DNA of 64,000 nt, taken from contig JAQGDQ010000534.1 in NCBI GenBank assembly GCA_030141605.1, positions 87,366 through 151,365 of the forward strand. Reading direction: 5' to 3'. Shown piece after piece: positions 1 through 13,500 of the stretch. The notes beneath the pieces are model-generated. The model ran no database searches. It had not been told where the DNA came from and saw nothing but the letters and a program-made list of their open reading frames with translations. The position numbers and the translations under genes were made by a program. Origin of the DNA: Tubiluchus corallicola (lineage: Eukaryota > Animalia > Priapulida). Position 1 is the first letter of the stretch, and each line of letters opens with the position of its first letter.

Positions 1-52
1 TCTATGAGCCTTATGTTTGCCAAAATACTGATTCATCATCAAGCAGCTCGGA

Positions 53-680
<628 letters not shown>

Positions 681-1424
681 AAAATCAGTACTAGATTCAG
701 TAACAGTCATGTGCAGATAATTACAATGATTCAAATTTCAAAATTATAAGTGCAGATTAGATTTTCATCTTAAAATTTTGGAATCATTAATCATAAATTT
801 TAAACATAACAGGTTTGCAAGGGCAGATCCATGCAACCATGAATAAACGCTTTTACTCGAGAGGCACAATACTGGCGTAGTTCTCGACCAGTGGCGGCTC
901 CTGTACAGGTACTGTGGAACTGCAGCACCCTCTATTTTCACTCAATATTATTAATAATATTGAACATAATAAGTCTTTATTCTTTAGTTATTTCTTTATA
1001 CTCTTGTATGGAACTAGAGCACGTGAGGGTAGTACTGTCTGCTTCACATTCCAGGACAGTGATGTGTTTGGCTGTTGTGCACATGCTGCTGTGTGCACAT
1101 GTCTGAGAAAACACGGTGTACGTTGCACTGCTAGTGTCTACTGCTAGGTAGAGAAAGTACTGTCGCTCACACAGCTTGCTGTCAGTTGTCATGTGCTTAA
1201 AAACCGTGAACCAGCATATTCTTGAACTGTGGCAATTTAGGCTATTCGTAACCAAAAAATTGTTTTAGGATTTCATCAAGTTTATGTATAAATTTTCGTA
1301 TGTTTGTTTGTTTAAAATTACAATGTTAAAATTGCATGATTATTTCATTTTATACAGTATTAAAACTATGCCTAATACAACAGATAAACACAAACAGGTA
1401 AAAAGAAACACAAGTGTCACTTAC

Positions 1425-1571
1425 CTGAAGAAGTATCAGTTGGGGAGAGTAACTGCTTTAAATTTGGCGGCTTTGGGCTTCCGCTCTGATGAAGCCATCT
1501 TTGATTAATTTTCCAGCAATTATTGCCAGCAGGCTTGCATGGGTCACTTACACCCATTGAACCCGAAAGTG
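1425..1571 (-). CDS. Dscam: Dscam cytoplasmic exon (LSGSMGVSDPCKP...LLSPTDTSS)
   Basis: TTTTAG acceptor, CAG/GTAAGT donor, 147 nt open, phase 1 to 1. Confidence 0.65.
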
Positions 1572-4500
1572 CTAAAAATCAGGAAAAATTTTAGAAGGTC
1601 TCACACCAAGAAAGGTAAGCTTCATAAGAATGAGACTAATACCCCTAAATAGGCAGCAATCAAAAAACTGATTAAATTTTGAAGATCTCAAGCAAAGAAA
1701 AGTAAGCTTCATAAGAATGAGCACTAATAGGCACTAATCAAAAAAGTGATTAAATTTTAAATGCTTAGTTCCCTTCGAGTTCCGACAAGTACAGCATTTT
1801 CTAACACATAGAGTTTAAAACTTTAAATGCTATTACCCAATCAAGGATGGTACGATTAAACTAGAGTTTCACTGCATTAATAAGCCTTTTCATAGTTTTG
1901 TCGTGCGCACGCGCAGTTGATGTAGGTTAAAGGTTAAGTGTATCATCGCAACACATCTTAACTACAACCGTCACGTGACGTGTGGATAAAACTAAGTCAT
2001 CTGCCACATCAGTTCAGTAACTTCAGTTGTTTTACATGGACTTCACTTAATTATGCATTAGTCTGTGCGTAGAGTGATTTACTAGCAGGATCTTGTTTGG
2101 GAACAAGAAAAAATGAACTAGGTGAAGTTCTAGCTAGCTGTTAAAACTGTTACTATTACAACAACATGGGTTGCGTGGCATTGTCAAGTGTACACAAATG
2201 CATTATCTGGTACACTTTTAACCTTTGACATTTCACGATCATCATCAATTTCTATAACTATGAAAAGGCTTACTAAATCAAGATAATATACTACCATACA
2301 TTAAAAAAACAGTATTTCCAAATCTGCACTAGATTTTGCACATGAATTTAAGTTCTCATACATTCTTCTTGACAGTTTGCACGTCAAATTTACAAGCCTA
2401 AATACAAAAGGAAGCAAAAATTCAAAACATACATTCTGTTACAGTAGGAAATTACAGCAAAAACATGATGCAAAATTAACTACAGTAACTAAATTATAAT
2501 CTAATTTTCATACAAAATTATAGCAATTCATTAACCCTTTCACTACATAGTTGCTTTTTAACAGGGCTGCATTGACTTTTGCATATTTAACAATAACTTC
2601 TTGTGGTGTGTTACTAAAACAGAATGTTCTAAATAAACAAATAGCCATTTGTTATTGGTTATAGCCAATATTATATACTGAATATTAGTTTTATGTAAAC
2701 ACATGCGAGCACACATACATGCACTCACGCACACACGCACACACGCACGCACGCACACACACACACACACACACGTTCACGCCCTGATAAATAAATATAT
2801 TTAGTAAGCATTTTCATAAAAGACAATACTAATCCATAATATGCAATCATTTTATAAGAAGGCAGAACAAGCAACTAAACATTTGTTTCATTGAAACATA
2901 CCTTACAATACAGTATTGTGGAATGCACCTGGCTTCAGACGCTGATTCGCTGGTTAGCGTTACTTGTTGCAAAGCAACCCCAATCCCACGACTCTTAAAC
3001 TTTTCTACAATGTTTTTGCATGGCCGTAGCAGCGAAGCAAACAGACCTGGGTGACTGCGCTTAGTGTTGAGCTCCAGCGGCAGTCTACCACCTTCCGTCC
3101 CTTTCTTGAAAAACGTAGGCAGCAGTGAGCAGCCTTCAGTAGTGAAAGAGTTAAAGTAAAAGAAATGTAAAATCAAAATATTTTTAATGTTTAAAACATA
3201 CCTGCTTGGTTATTTGCCAGGTCAATCTTGCCACAAGGATAAGGGCTCGGATGTTTTGGTCTCAACGGAATGGAGGGCAAGTAACCTTGTTGCTTTGCAT
3301 CGGGTATGGAAGAGCTGCTTACACTCGTAAATGGTGGTGATGGCGGAACTGGATAAAAAAGGGATTTATCCTGTAAATTTTTCCCGTACAAATCAATAAT
3401 GTTATGTAGCTAAACTGTAATACAACTATTTACATTAATGGTCTACTTCTTGTTATGCCTTAATTATATGTATTAATGTAAAAATGTTGTTTCATGTTTC
3501 TTTAAAAGAAAACCGGATGATTGTGTAAACATTAGTTCAAAACAAAGTATGCTCTAAAATACTGAAAACTACAATAGCTTTTTTAAAATCAAAGCTTAGA
3601 TTAAATAATAATTACCTCGGATAATTAATTTTCTTAAACTTTCAAAGCTACTCAGCGAATCAGCTAAGACTGGCAATGGTGCCTTTTTGCCACATTCGCA
3701 TATCCGACAAAAAGGCGTGGTACCATGATAAGCATGATCATGAACTGCAGTGTTCGTATGTGACATTTGTGTGACGTAGAGCTGATTTCCGTGACATCAC
3801 ATCAGCATCTTACAGCAATCTTCACTTACAAAAACCTGCCTGACACGCAAGGACGATGGCTACCATTGCACTAACTGTGGTTAGTTTGTGATGTAAGTGA
3901 TAGCTGTGTTCGGTTCCCATTAATTAACTTTCCAAGGTAAATATTAGAAACAACTGCTAACTTTTATAGGCAAGAAAATGCGTATTTTGAACAGTAAATT
4001 AAAATGAGATTGAGTCTAATCAATTGTCCGACTTTCCTTTAAGAATATACTTACCTACGTCCTTGTCGGAATTCAGGTTGTTTAGTTCTATATTAGGAGC
4101 AAGTTGCCAACCTCGGTTACTCGACAGAGATTCTTTACGGATGTGACTCGTATGATCAGGAGATACAGAACAGCAAGAGTCTTTGTACTTTTTCTGGTCG
4201 CAGATCAATGCAGATTCTGCAGTTAAATCCTTCTTTAATTTTGATTCTCCTAAATTTCAAAAAAAAGACGTCAGTACTTGTGATGGGTGTAATTAGTGAA
4301 TTTTCATAGTTGTCTCCCCAGCATACGTGCCTTTGATAATAGAATGGTGACCATTTTGACAACGTGCAGTCCTTTGCACAACAGAATGTGTCTTTCGTAG
4401 TTCTTTATTCAAATATGAGACACAAAAACGTGTGTTTTTTGGAGGCAAGGAATGTAGGAGAGTAACACACAGCAAATTTTGCTCTCTAATCAGAAGCACT

Positions 4501-7500
4501 TGTGAGTTACTAGGCGAGTTACTCCAGGTCGTTAGAAACGAAGTAACATCTAGAAAATTCGCTGGTCTGAACACGCCATTAGTAATTATTATTAAAGGAT
4601 AAATCAACCCTCAAAAAACAATCATTCACATATTTTAACATACACTTAAAGATATTGAAATTACAACACAACGTAGAATACCTTGCTTAAAAATGCAAAA
4701 GAAATTTAAATCTTTAAATATTAACTTAATTAACGGCAGGCGAGCCCAACTATTGATCGCATCACAAACTAACACAATTTCCAACAGCAAAAATATTCCA
4801 CTAGCGTGGTGCATGTGTTTGCAAAAGCGAAAATTGAAATATAGCATTACTGTAAGATATTGTGGAATTGGATACTATGGAAGTGAAATTGTGTTTGTAT
4901 GACAATAATTCACGTAAGTCATTTTTGAAAAAATAGTATGTTTCCTTTCAATAATTTAACGAACAGATTATTTTGACCTACAGTTTAAGATTGGGTAAGG
5001 TTTTAATCTATAACTTTATTATCAGAAACGCTTTTGCAGTATTAATCGTGTTAAAATGTATACTTTTATCGGACTTGGAAATGGGGTAGTTTATGAAAAA
5101 ACATCCTTTCTTCCTTTAACATACAAGCGCCGGGTTTAGGTGTGTGTTCATTTCGCTAAAACGCCGAAAAAGAAGAAATTTGGACAGTCTCCTCTCGCGC
5201 AATATCTTGAGTAAAAGAGACGGTCTAAATTTCTTCTTCTTCAAAGTTGTAGTCAGCGTCAGTGACATTCATAAATATGGCAAACGCATATTAATTACTT
5301 TAAATAAACTCATTATAGTGGAATGCTTATCAATTTATATGAAAAGGAATGATTATGATTGATTTATTTTACAAAATGGCCCAAAGCAAACCGAAACAGA
5401 AATAAGTAGGGTAGGAATCACATCAGTTGTGTGGTCACACATTTTATCCTGTCTTCGTTTAATTAGAAAATCATAATTGTTAATGGAAGTGCATTAACCG
5501 ACAAAATTATGCAGTATACGTGTCGTAAATTTCCTTTTATCACGGAATTCCAGTATACTAGTTTACAACTAAATCACAAACACCTTAACTCCAAAATAAA
5601 TTTCTAAAATTTTAATTCCATGAGTTTTTGATAGAATCAGTAACACAACCAGTTTTTTCCTAAAATTAAAGCCACACCTGCCCCAAAACCGGCCCAAAAG
5701 AAGTTCCTCTCAAACAAGTATTCATCCACCAATCAAACCTTGCAAAAAAGTAGGGCCAATTATTATGTATAAAGACATAAATATGACTAAAGTCTTGTGG
5801 ACTTGTTCAAGTTCACAATAATAGCAATGTCCCGAATTGCAGTCATACGATATGTAATGGACAAAAATTACCTTTGTACTGAAAATGATTGATTCTGTGC
5901 CTTCGAATAAACAAAACAGCAATGACCACAATGACAATCGTCAGGAAAACACCTCCTAGCACTCCGATTATCGTCCCAACCTCTGCACTAGTAAGTGAAG
6001 CTGCTGCTGTTCCGGGTTTCTGAAGAACATCGTCTAGTTGTTGGAAACAAAGTGAAAATAGTAAATGCGACTGCAAATGTTGATATTCTGGATTTTAACT
6101 TAAAGGACAAGAAAGGGGTATCTGAAGTAGGTTTCAGAAAAATCGCCTTAAAAAATTATATTACTTTACAGCAATTTTATGCATACATCGTACTCACGTT
6201 GAAAGTAGTTTTTGTTTGTTTTCATTTTAAATCTCCAGCAATACTGTTCAGAAAAGGAAATGTTAAATTGTCTCAAAAAACTTTCCATACAAAGTTATAT
6301 TGCTTAGCATTTCGCTTACATGCTTGAAATATTTTTATTTAACGAGAAAAGAAAATTATTGATTGTTTAAAATGTTTTCACTAATTGGCAAAATTTCATT
6401 GACTCCTCCCTCACAGGGGGCACCACTCACTAACCAAAAAACCTATTTTTAATCTCACAGTAGTAAGCAGTGGCAGCGGTGGCAGTGGTGGTGGCAGTGG
6501 TGGGTTAAAGGACATATATTTAAAAATTATATTACTTTAAAGCAATTTTATGGTATAATACTCGTAATGAAAGGATTTTTTGTTTGTCTTCATTTTAAAT
6601 CTCCTGCAATATTGTTCCGACCGCACCATTACGTGACGTCATGTACGCACAACGTAAATCAGAGGAAGAAAAGGCAATGTTTAATGATGTCCGAAAAAAC
6701 TTCCCATGCAAAGTTATGCTACTTAGCATTTAGAGTGATTTTTATCATTTGTTGTTTTAAATCCGTGTTTTGCAATTTTGTTGAATAAACTATTATTATT
6801 TTTAATATATAAACTCTTATATACTAACTATATAAAGTAAACTACGTATAACTTGCACAGCTAAGGACCAGAATATTTGTTCGAGTTATGCCAGGGTGTG
6901 AGTTAGGCAGCGTTCGTAAGAGAACAGGATTAAGTCGTTCATCAATATCAGACAATACACCAGTAACATTACAGCCTGTGAAAATGACAAACTGAGCCTT
7001 TAATCTAATATCAAACAATTTTCATAAATAATTGAAAATAAAATGTCTGGTCCACCTCTATTGTAGTCTGAGCAGCATTGTTAATAGAATTTGGGAATAA
7101 TAATATTGTGATCTAGTTATTAAACCAAGTTCGTTAAGCCATGTTGTGTGCAGCGTTCTGCTAAGGTAATACAAGAAATCTTAGCATTTTTGCTGAAACT
7201 AGCAGTTCAAATCATAATGCGGTGCATACTTTTGCACAGGACTTCTTGCTTGGGAGGCTGTTCAAGACTCGAGGTCGAGACAGCCGGGGTAATTTCAGTT
7301 AGATTCTTAGAGATTGTATCGGGAACACAGTCAGAGTTGCGCGATAATTCAAGTTACAGATTCCGAGTTACGCGATGTTTGGTAAAGAGAAGGATGAAAG
7401 AAAAAATCTGTTCCACGAGATCTGTTCAAGATATGCAAAATTTTGAGTTATACATCGTTTACTGTATATACATATACATATATGTGTATGCATATACATA

Positions 7501-10500
7501 CATACATATATTAAGAAAATTATTAAGAAAAAGAAAACAAAAAATAGAATTCAAAAAGGATGTCCTTACACTACATATATTCTCATTCCAGAATAGAAAA
7601 AGCACTTCTAAAAGCAGACACAGCACTTAGGCATGCTCACATGACATAATTACCTAAGAAAATGCACAACTTCAACCCACACGTATCTTTAAATTGACTA
7701 TCTTTACATTGACTATCTTCACGGCTATCTTTGCGTTGAAATTATAAATATAACATCAACGTAACTTACTTTCAGCTAAGGAGGTGAACTTGTAAAGGGC
7801 AGTACTGCTCCCTGCTTCATTGTGTGCCGTCACTCGCAGTGTGTACCGTGTACCAGGATTCAAATCAAGAATGCGAAAGATTTTCTGAAATGCAGTTAAA
7901 CCAGCAAAATGATTGACAACACACGACCATTTACAACAGTTGCTTATAATTAACATCTTAATTCTTTCACATTTATATATTTTTTAAAATAATTAAGGAT
8001 TGTTTATTATAACAAACATCTCCTAGGAGAAACTAAAATTCACCATTAAATTCTTTCTTCTTCTTCTTCGAAGTCTCATTCTATCTTGTGTTGACACTGA
8101 GGCTGTGAATTATTACCATTATACTGAATTTGTTATTCAATAGCCTAAATTTTAGTTTTAAGTTCTATTAAATGACATTTTTGTAAAAATGTATAAAAAT
8201 TTCTAAAATAAAATAAAAATAGGAAAAAAATTCCTCATTAACTACACGAAATTCTTTTCTTCAAAGTCTCATTCCGTACGTGTTGTAGGCATTCGGGTAC
8301 TAACATTTATTAGAGTATTCCACCCACTCCTATCTGCAGCTAACAGCGTAAGTTCTTCTACTCCTAAAGATAGATTTGGTTGAAATTGTTGAACATCTTT
8401 ATTTATCTTAGCTATCCAAGTTGTTTTTGATTTGCCAGGTGGTTTTTTGCAAGGTTTTAAGGCTTCCTTTAAGGCAATTCTTACTGGTGCTTCACTCGGT
8501 AATCTTAGAAGATGTCCTAGCCATCTTGATCTTCGGATCTTGACTTTCGAACTCCAAGAAATTTCTTTGATTCTAGCGTATAAATCTTCATTTTTGATTG
8601 TGTATGGCCATTTTGTCTTTAAACCTTTCTTTAGAAGACTTCTATGAAGTGTGTCAATCTGCTTTTCTTGAGTAATCATTAAGACCCATGTTTAACTGTA
8701 TTAGTGTAAATCCCATGTTTATGATGTATTAAAATTCCTAAATACAAGATTAATTAAAAAAAATCAAGATGGCAGATTTTTTTATTTTGTACATATACTT
8801 ATTCAGTAACACAAATTGTTGGCAAGTTTCTTAAATTTTAGAAAATTTTGTAAAACATATAAAAATATAAGAAATTTCTAGTTTTACCTGATTAGGTCTA
8901 ACATTGTTATCGACCGTTTTCCAATTCCCGATGTCTGATGGTTGATAATCAATGACAAAAGACTTCATTGGACAGCCTCCATCTGACCAAGCTGACAAGT
9001 TCAAGGTTACGTAGGTTGAGTTGAGTTGAATAAACGAATCACTTGAAGGTTCAACCGGGGCTGCAACAATAAAGCAACAATGCAGCAAACTACGGCAATA
9101 GAAAGCATTCAAAGGTACAGCAAAGTATGAACACTGAAAATTTTGCCACCTTGCCACTCATCAAAAAGGCCTTTCACTTGTTACTTCACATTCATTACAA
9201 AATGTTAATAAGCAATACAAGAATTCTAAACATTGTTAAGTACAGTAAACTATGTATAACTCAAATTATCGTGTAACTTGATCCCAGTTCTCAATGCAAC
9301 TCTTAAGAATCTGACTAAAATACCTCGCCTGTCAAAAACAGCCTAGTTAGCAAGAAGTCGTACACGAATGTGTACACCAAATGACGATTTTAACTGCTAG
9401 TTTCAGCAAAGATGCTAAGATTTCTTGTATTGCCTTAGCAGAACGCTGTCCACACAACATGGCTTAATAAACGTGGTTTAATAACAAGATCACAATATTA
9501 TTATTGCCGAATTCTATTGACCATGCTACTCTGACTACAGCAGAGGTGAACCAGACATTTTATTTTTGATTATTCATAAAAACTGCTGATTGATATTTGA
9601 TTAAAGGCACAGTTTGTCCTTTCCATAGTCTGTAGTGCTGCTAGTGTATTGTCAGACATTGTTGGAGGGTCAGAGTGACTGAATCTTGTACGCAAACAAA
9701 TTTCCTGGTCCCGAGATGTTCGAATTATACATAGTTTACTGTTATTTCAGTATACCTGAACCAAGCGTCTTTGATGAGATGATAGAGCTAGGTTCACTGC
9801 GGCCTATCTTGTTGGACAATGACATGGAAAACTGATAATTGCTACCGCACTGAAGTTCATCCACCAAAACTGTGCGATTCTTTGGTGACACTTCGATTTT
9901 CTTCCAATCTTCAAACTCCCTTTTATAATTGAGGAGAGCTCCTAGAAGAAAGAGAAGCAAGAAAAAACTTTGGAACCACGTCAATGTGTAATGAGGAAGT
10001 GCCAGCAATGTAGGCAGGTTTTAAGTTTAAAAAAAAAGCACTGTGACATATCAAGCAATTATATGTTTGTCTATGCCACAACAGACAGTATCAGCCTGTG
10101 AAAAGAATATATTATAATAATTAGATTTGGAGCAATTTGACCCTTGGTTATGTAAATGGACGTTCACTTCAAAAACACGGGAAGCAAGTTGGTCAAATAA
10201 AGTAACAAGGCAAGTTGCTGAAAAGGTGCCAGTTTTGAAAAATGTGCTGGGAGAGCGTTTGCTCTCTCTCTCTGCTGCCCTATTAGCTATGCCACTGCCA
10301 AGAGCATTACACTAGAGCAGTGATTCTAAACCTTTTTTATTTGCTGATGCGGCAGACGGCTTTGCTTTGCCCACATGTCATTAGACGATTGTAGTTAAGC
10401 TTTGATCTACTGCTCAAACTGTTTATTTATCTGCACAATATATTGACATTTGCGTGGCTTAGAGCAGTGATTCTTAACCTTTTATTCGCTGCTGATGCAG

Positions 10501-13500
10501 CAGATGGCTTTGCTTTGCTGTATCGAACTCACGACCTCTCAGACTGAAAGTGGACACGTTATCACAAGGCTAAAACGTCTTGTACATTATTAAAGCATTT
10601 TGGTAGTTATTAAAACACTTAAAATATACCTGAAATTGGACTTGCATTTGAACCTTGTACAGACCAATTTAGCACCATGAAATCAGCCTTTACTAACGTT
10701 ATCCTCAGCAATGGTGGGTGAGGCGGAGCTGAAAAAATAATTTTAAAAAATTAAATAGTTAATGCACCTGTTTGTTAAAAAAATAAAAATGATGAAAGTA
10801 CATTTGTTAAAAAATAAAAATGATGAAAGTACACAACGGAATTTCCCTTTGGGTGAAAAAACAACAAACAGGAACGGGAAACAGTACCTCTTACTAAAAG
10901 CGTGTAAGTGATTTCGTCTCTGCCCAAAACATTTCGCACTCTGCAAGTATAATTTCCAGCACTGTCCAAATGAACTTGTCTTAACCGCAAGGATCCATTT
11001 GCCGAAAGTTGCATCTCCTTCATCCGGACAATGACCTTTCCACTGAAATGAAACTTCATTTGACACGCCAATCCTACTGATTTAGCAATATTGGTCAAAT
11101 TATTCGGCGATGTGCGAAAACAGGCAGGTGTATGAGAAAACCGTAATTTTATGAAAAGCAATTGTTATTACTTTATACTGTAATAAAAAATTACCACCAG
11201 ACCGGTTTTTTTGCATTTTACCCTTTTACCATACGCATCCCAGTAAACCTTTTCTATGACTTTTTCTAAATATGTTTTGTGAACAAAATATTTTCAGTTA
11301 TTTATTTTAGGCGCATTGTCTCACCGCGAAATAAAAGTGAAAATGCAATATGTTGATTTTTTAAAATTGTCGAAACTTTACTTCGCTTGTCTATACATTA
11401 TACGGGCGATGTATCTGATAAAACAAAATGTCAGACATCTGTATGCTGAGGTAGAACTAGTCTACTCATAAATTCAAAATAACAATGATTTTTGCACACG
11501 CGCTAGCAATATCGGTTGTCTACAGTTATTCCGGCATAGATAAGGGAACGTAACTAAGTAAATTTCAATTTCGTATTACTAGTAAGTCACATGTCTTTAA
11601 GCAGAGGTATAATGTATCCTATGGTGGTCAGCATAACCACAAATTATGCTGTTGCTGTTTACTAATGAAACACGGCGGTTTATCAAAAGTAATTTACGAA
11701 TTATGGTGGAGGTAATTTTTTACCCGTGTAAAAGCGTGACCCTATAAGGGTTAAAAGGTACATGTACAGTAAGGGAAACGTCCCTACTTTGCGGAAATTC
11801 ACTTATCGCGGGTGGGCCTGGAACGGAACACCCACGATAAGTGAGGGAACACTGTAAAATGGAGGTTTCAGGCAAACACGAAGAAATTAATCAGTAGAAA
11901 CATGAGTTAACTCAAAGAGTGTTTAACTTATATGATTTAAGCAGCATTGATTTTTGTCCATGGAACGTATCTCAATTCTTTTACATTACTTTCTATGGAA
12001 GTCTTGGTTTCATTTAACGTTTTGCTTAACGTCACATTTTACTGGAACGCATTAGCGTCGTTAAGCGAGGACTTACTGTACAAAAAAAATTCTTTAAAAA
12101 ACATTAAGATTTTTCACAATTATTTTTTTCATACTGCATGAAAAGCGTCATAGCTTGTAACGTTTTACATTACACGTACAATTTTTGTAAAAAAGTACGT
12201 ACATTTTACTTAAAGGAAAACCTGAGGATTATGTAAACATGAGTTCAGAATAAAGCGCACTCTTAAAATATTGAAAACTACAATAGTTTTTTTATACCAA
12301 AGCTTAGATTAAATAATAATTACCTCGGATATTCAAATTTCCTTAAGCTTTCAAAGCTACTCGCAGCTCAGTGAATCTACTAAGATTGACAACAGTGCTT
12401 TTTGTCACATTCGCGTAGGCGACAAATAGAAGGTGGTACCGTGATAACCATGATCATGAAGTGCTGTGTTAGTTTCTTACGTCAGATGTACAGCTGTTTT
12501 TCGTGACATCACGCGTTTAAGCAGTAACACCTACGCAAACGTGCTTGATGCGCAAGGGAAGATGCCTGTCATTGCACAAACTGTGGTTAGTTTTTGACGT
12601 AAGCAATAGCTGTGTTCGGCTGCCATTAATTAACTTTCTAAGCCAATTATTCAAATATAAGAAACTACTAACTTTTATAGGCAAGAAAACGTAATTTCAG
12701 ACAGTAAATTAAAATGAGATTGAGTCTAAACAATCATCCGGTTTTCCTTTAAGGTGAAGTGAAAAACGGTACTGTACATAAAACTACATTATTATGCATT
12801 CTAACTTATAAACCACATTGATACTAACTTGTAAAGCCAAACAATTTGAGGTTTTGGCTTCCCAGCAAAATGGCAGTGAAGTGTGGCTTCCTTGTTCCAT
12901 GTTACTATGTACTTTCCTCCAAAAGTTACAATTCTGGCGGGAACTGAAAAAAACGAAAAATATTTGCACTCATCAGACCAACAAAATTGAGCAAGCCAAA
13001 TTCGAACCTCAAAAATTTAAAGCATTTAAATAATTATTTATTATAACTCATTATTAATAAATAATAATCACAGTAGTTAAGACGATAAATTTGTTTGTTT
13101 TCAATGAATTAGGTGAGCGAGAATGCAATAAAATGGTTAAAGTATGTTTAAAGAAAAAAGGGAAATTTTAAACTGTCCCTAAGAATTTTCTACACAAATT
13201 AATATTACTTAGCATTTCACTTCCTGTTTGAAAGAATTATGCAACCAGAAAAGAAAATTCTTAATAATTTAAAGTTTTCGTGCCATTTGGTAAAACAGCG
13301 CTGCAGTATGCACCACTGATTCATCAAAAAACACATTATTTATTTTAGTGAAAATATAAAATAATTTATATTCTTAGGTAGTTAGCAAAGAGTGCGCTAT
13401 AAATGCTCTGGTTACTTTTCAAAACTTACGGAATCTTATCAAAACTTGTTTCAATTGACTTGCCCTCAAAATGGCATTGACGAAAGGTCATTTGTGGGAG

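Noticed and set aside
3349-3372. Alternative acceptor at 3371-2 suggested by ORF 3191..3391
   Set aside because: After the phase-1 donor at 4055 it reads GGA-TAA (stop); the acceptor at 3349-50 keeps frame and has a better pyrimidine tract.
10520-10580. tRNA-like sequence on the minus strand (also ~51130-51190 on plus)
   Set aside because: Only degenerate A/B-box resemblance and no cloverleaf; at best SINE heads, too weak to call.
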